In this document: positions 32,815 through 33,000 of the stretch, piece after piece
Layout of the letters: each line of letters opens with the position of its first letter
Position numbering within the stretch: position 1 is the first letter of the stretch
Origin: Heteronotia binoei
Taxonomy: Eukaryota
Length of the DNA stretch: 33,000 bases
NCBI RefSeq assembly: GCF_032191835.1
Contig: NC_083230.1
Coordinates: forward strand, 94,426,001 to 94,459,000
Direction of reading: 5' to 3'
Position numbers and translations under genes: made by a program
The notes under the pieces: model-generated
The model's database searches: none
Told to the model about the DNA's origin: nothing
The model's input: the letters and a program-made list of their open reading frames with translations, nothing else

Positions 32815-32882
32815 CAGTGGAGAGTCAGTGTGTGGCAGTGTTGGTGGCTCTGTGAGCACTGCTGTTCCTTCCACAGAAATTT
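32815..32882 (-). CDS. Possible coding exon: (E)ISVEGTAVLTEPPTLPHTDSPL
   Basis: Acceptor gttgacctttccatgcag| (phase 1) and donor ctg|gtatga (phase 0), phase-compatible with 29176-29317. Short, and a + strand reading is also open. Confidence 0.3.
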
Positions 32883-33000
32883 CTGCATGGAAAGGTCAAC
32901 GAGTAGGTCATAGTAACTCTGGTCTCTCTGGCCAGGTGCTAGAGATGACCATCTTTCCATGTGGTTGCAGATATTAGGAGAGTAAATTTACAGGTGATTT

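Overview
Vertebrate genomic DNA, most likely a gecko-type squamate (inferred from the repeat families present). It is mostly intronic or intergenic and has two assembly gaps (16775-16936, 20400-20543). Most of the window is transposon-derived: many non-autonomous hAT-type MITEs (several with verifiable 8-bp TSDs and nesting), tRNA- and 5S-derived SINEs, CR1, L2 and CCHC-type LINE 3' fragments, decayed Penelope-type repeats carrying hammerhead-ribozyme cores, and one ~1.2-kb CpG-rich probable solo LTR. Nearly all ORFs in the supplied track are TE-derived or chance. Two convincing and one weaker minus-strand exon-like segments (9655-9934, 29176-29317, 32815-32882) are phase-compatible. They suggest the window lies inside a large minus-strand gene whose product I cannot name. 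I see no clearly novel multi-gene system. The most interesting signals are the unidentified exons, two MITE-in-MITE insertions at the same target position, an octamer-motif cluster, the hammerhead relics and the sense-oriented LTR next to an exon.
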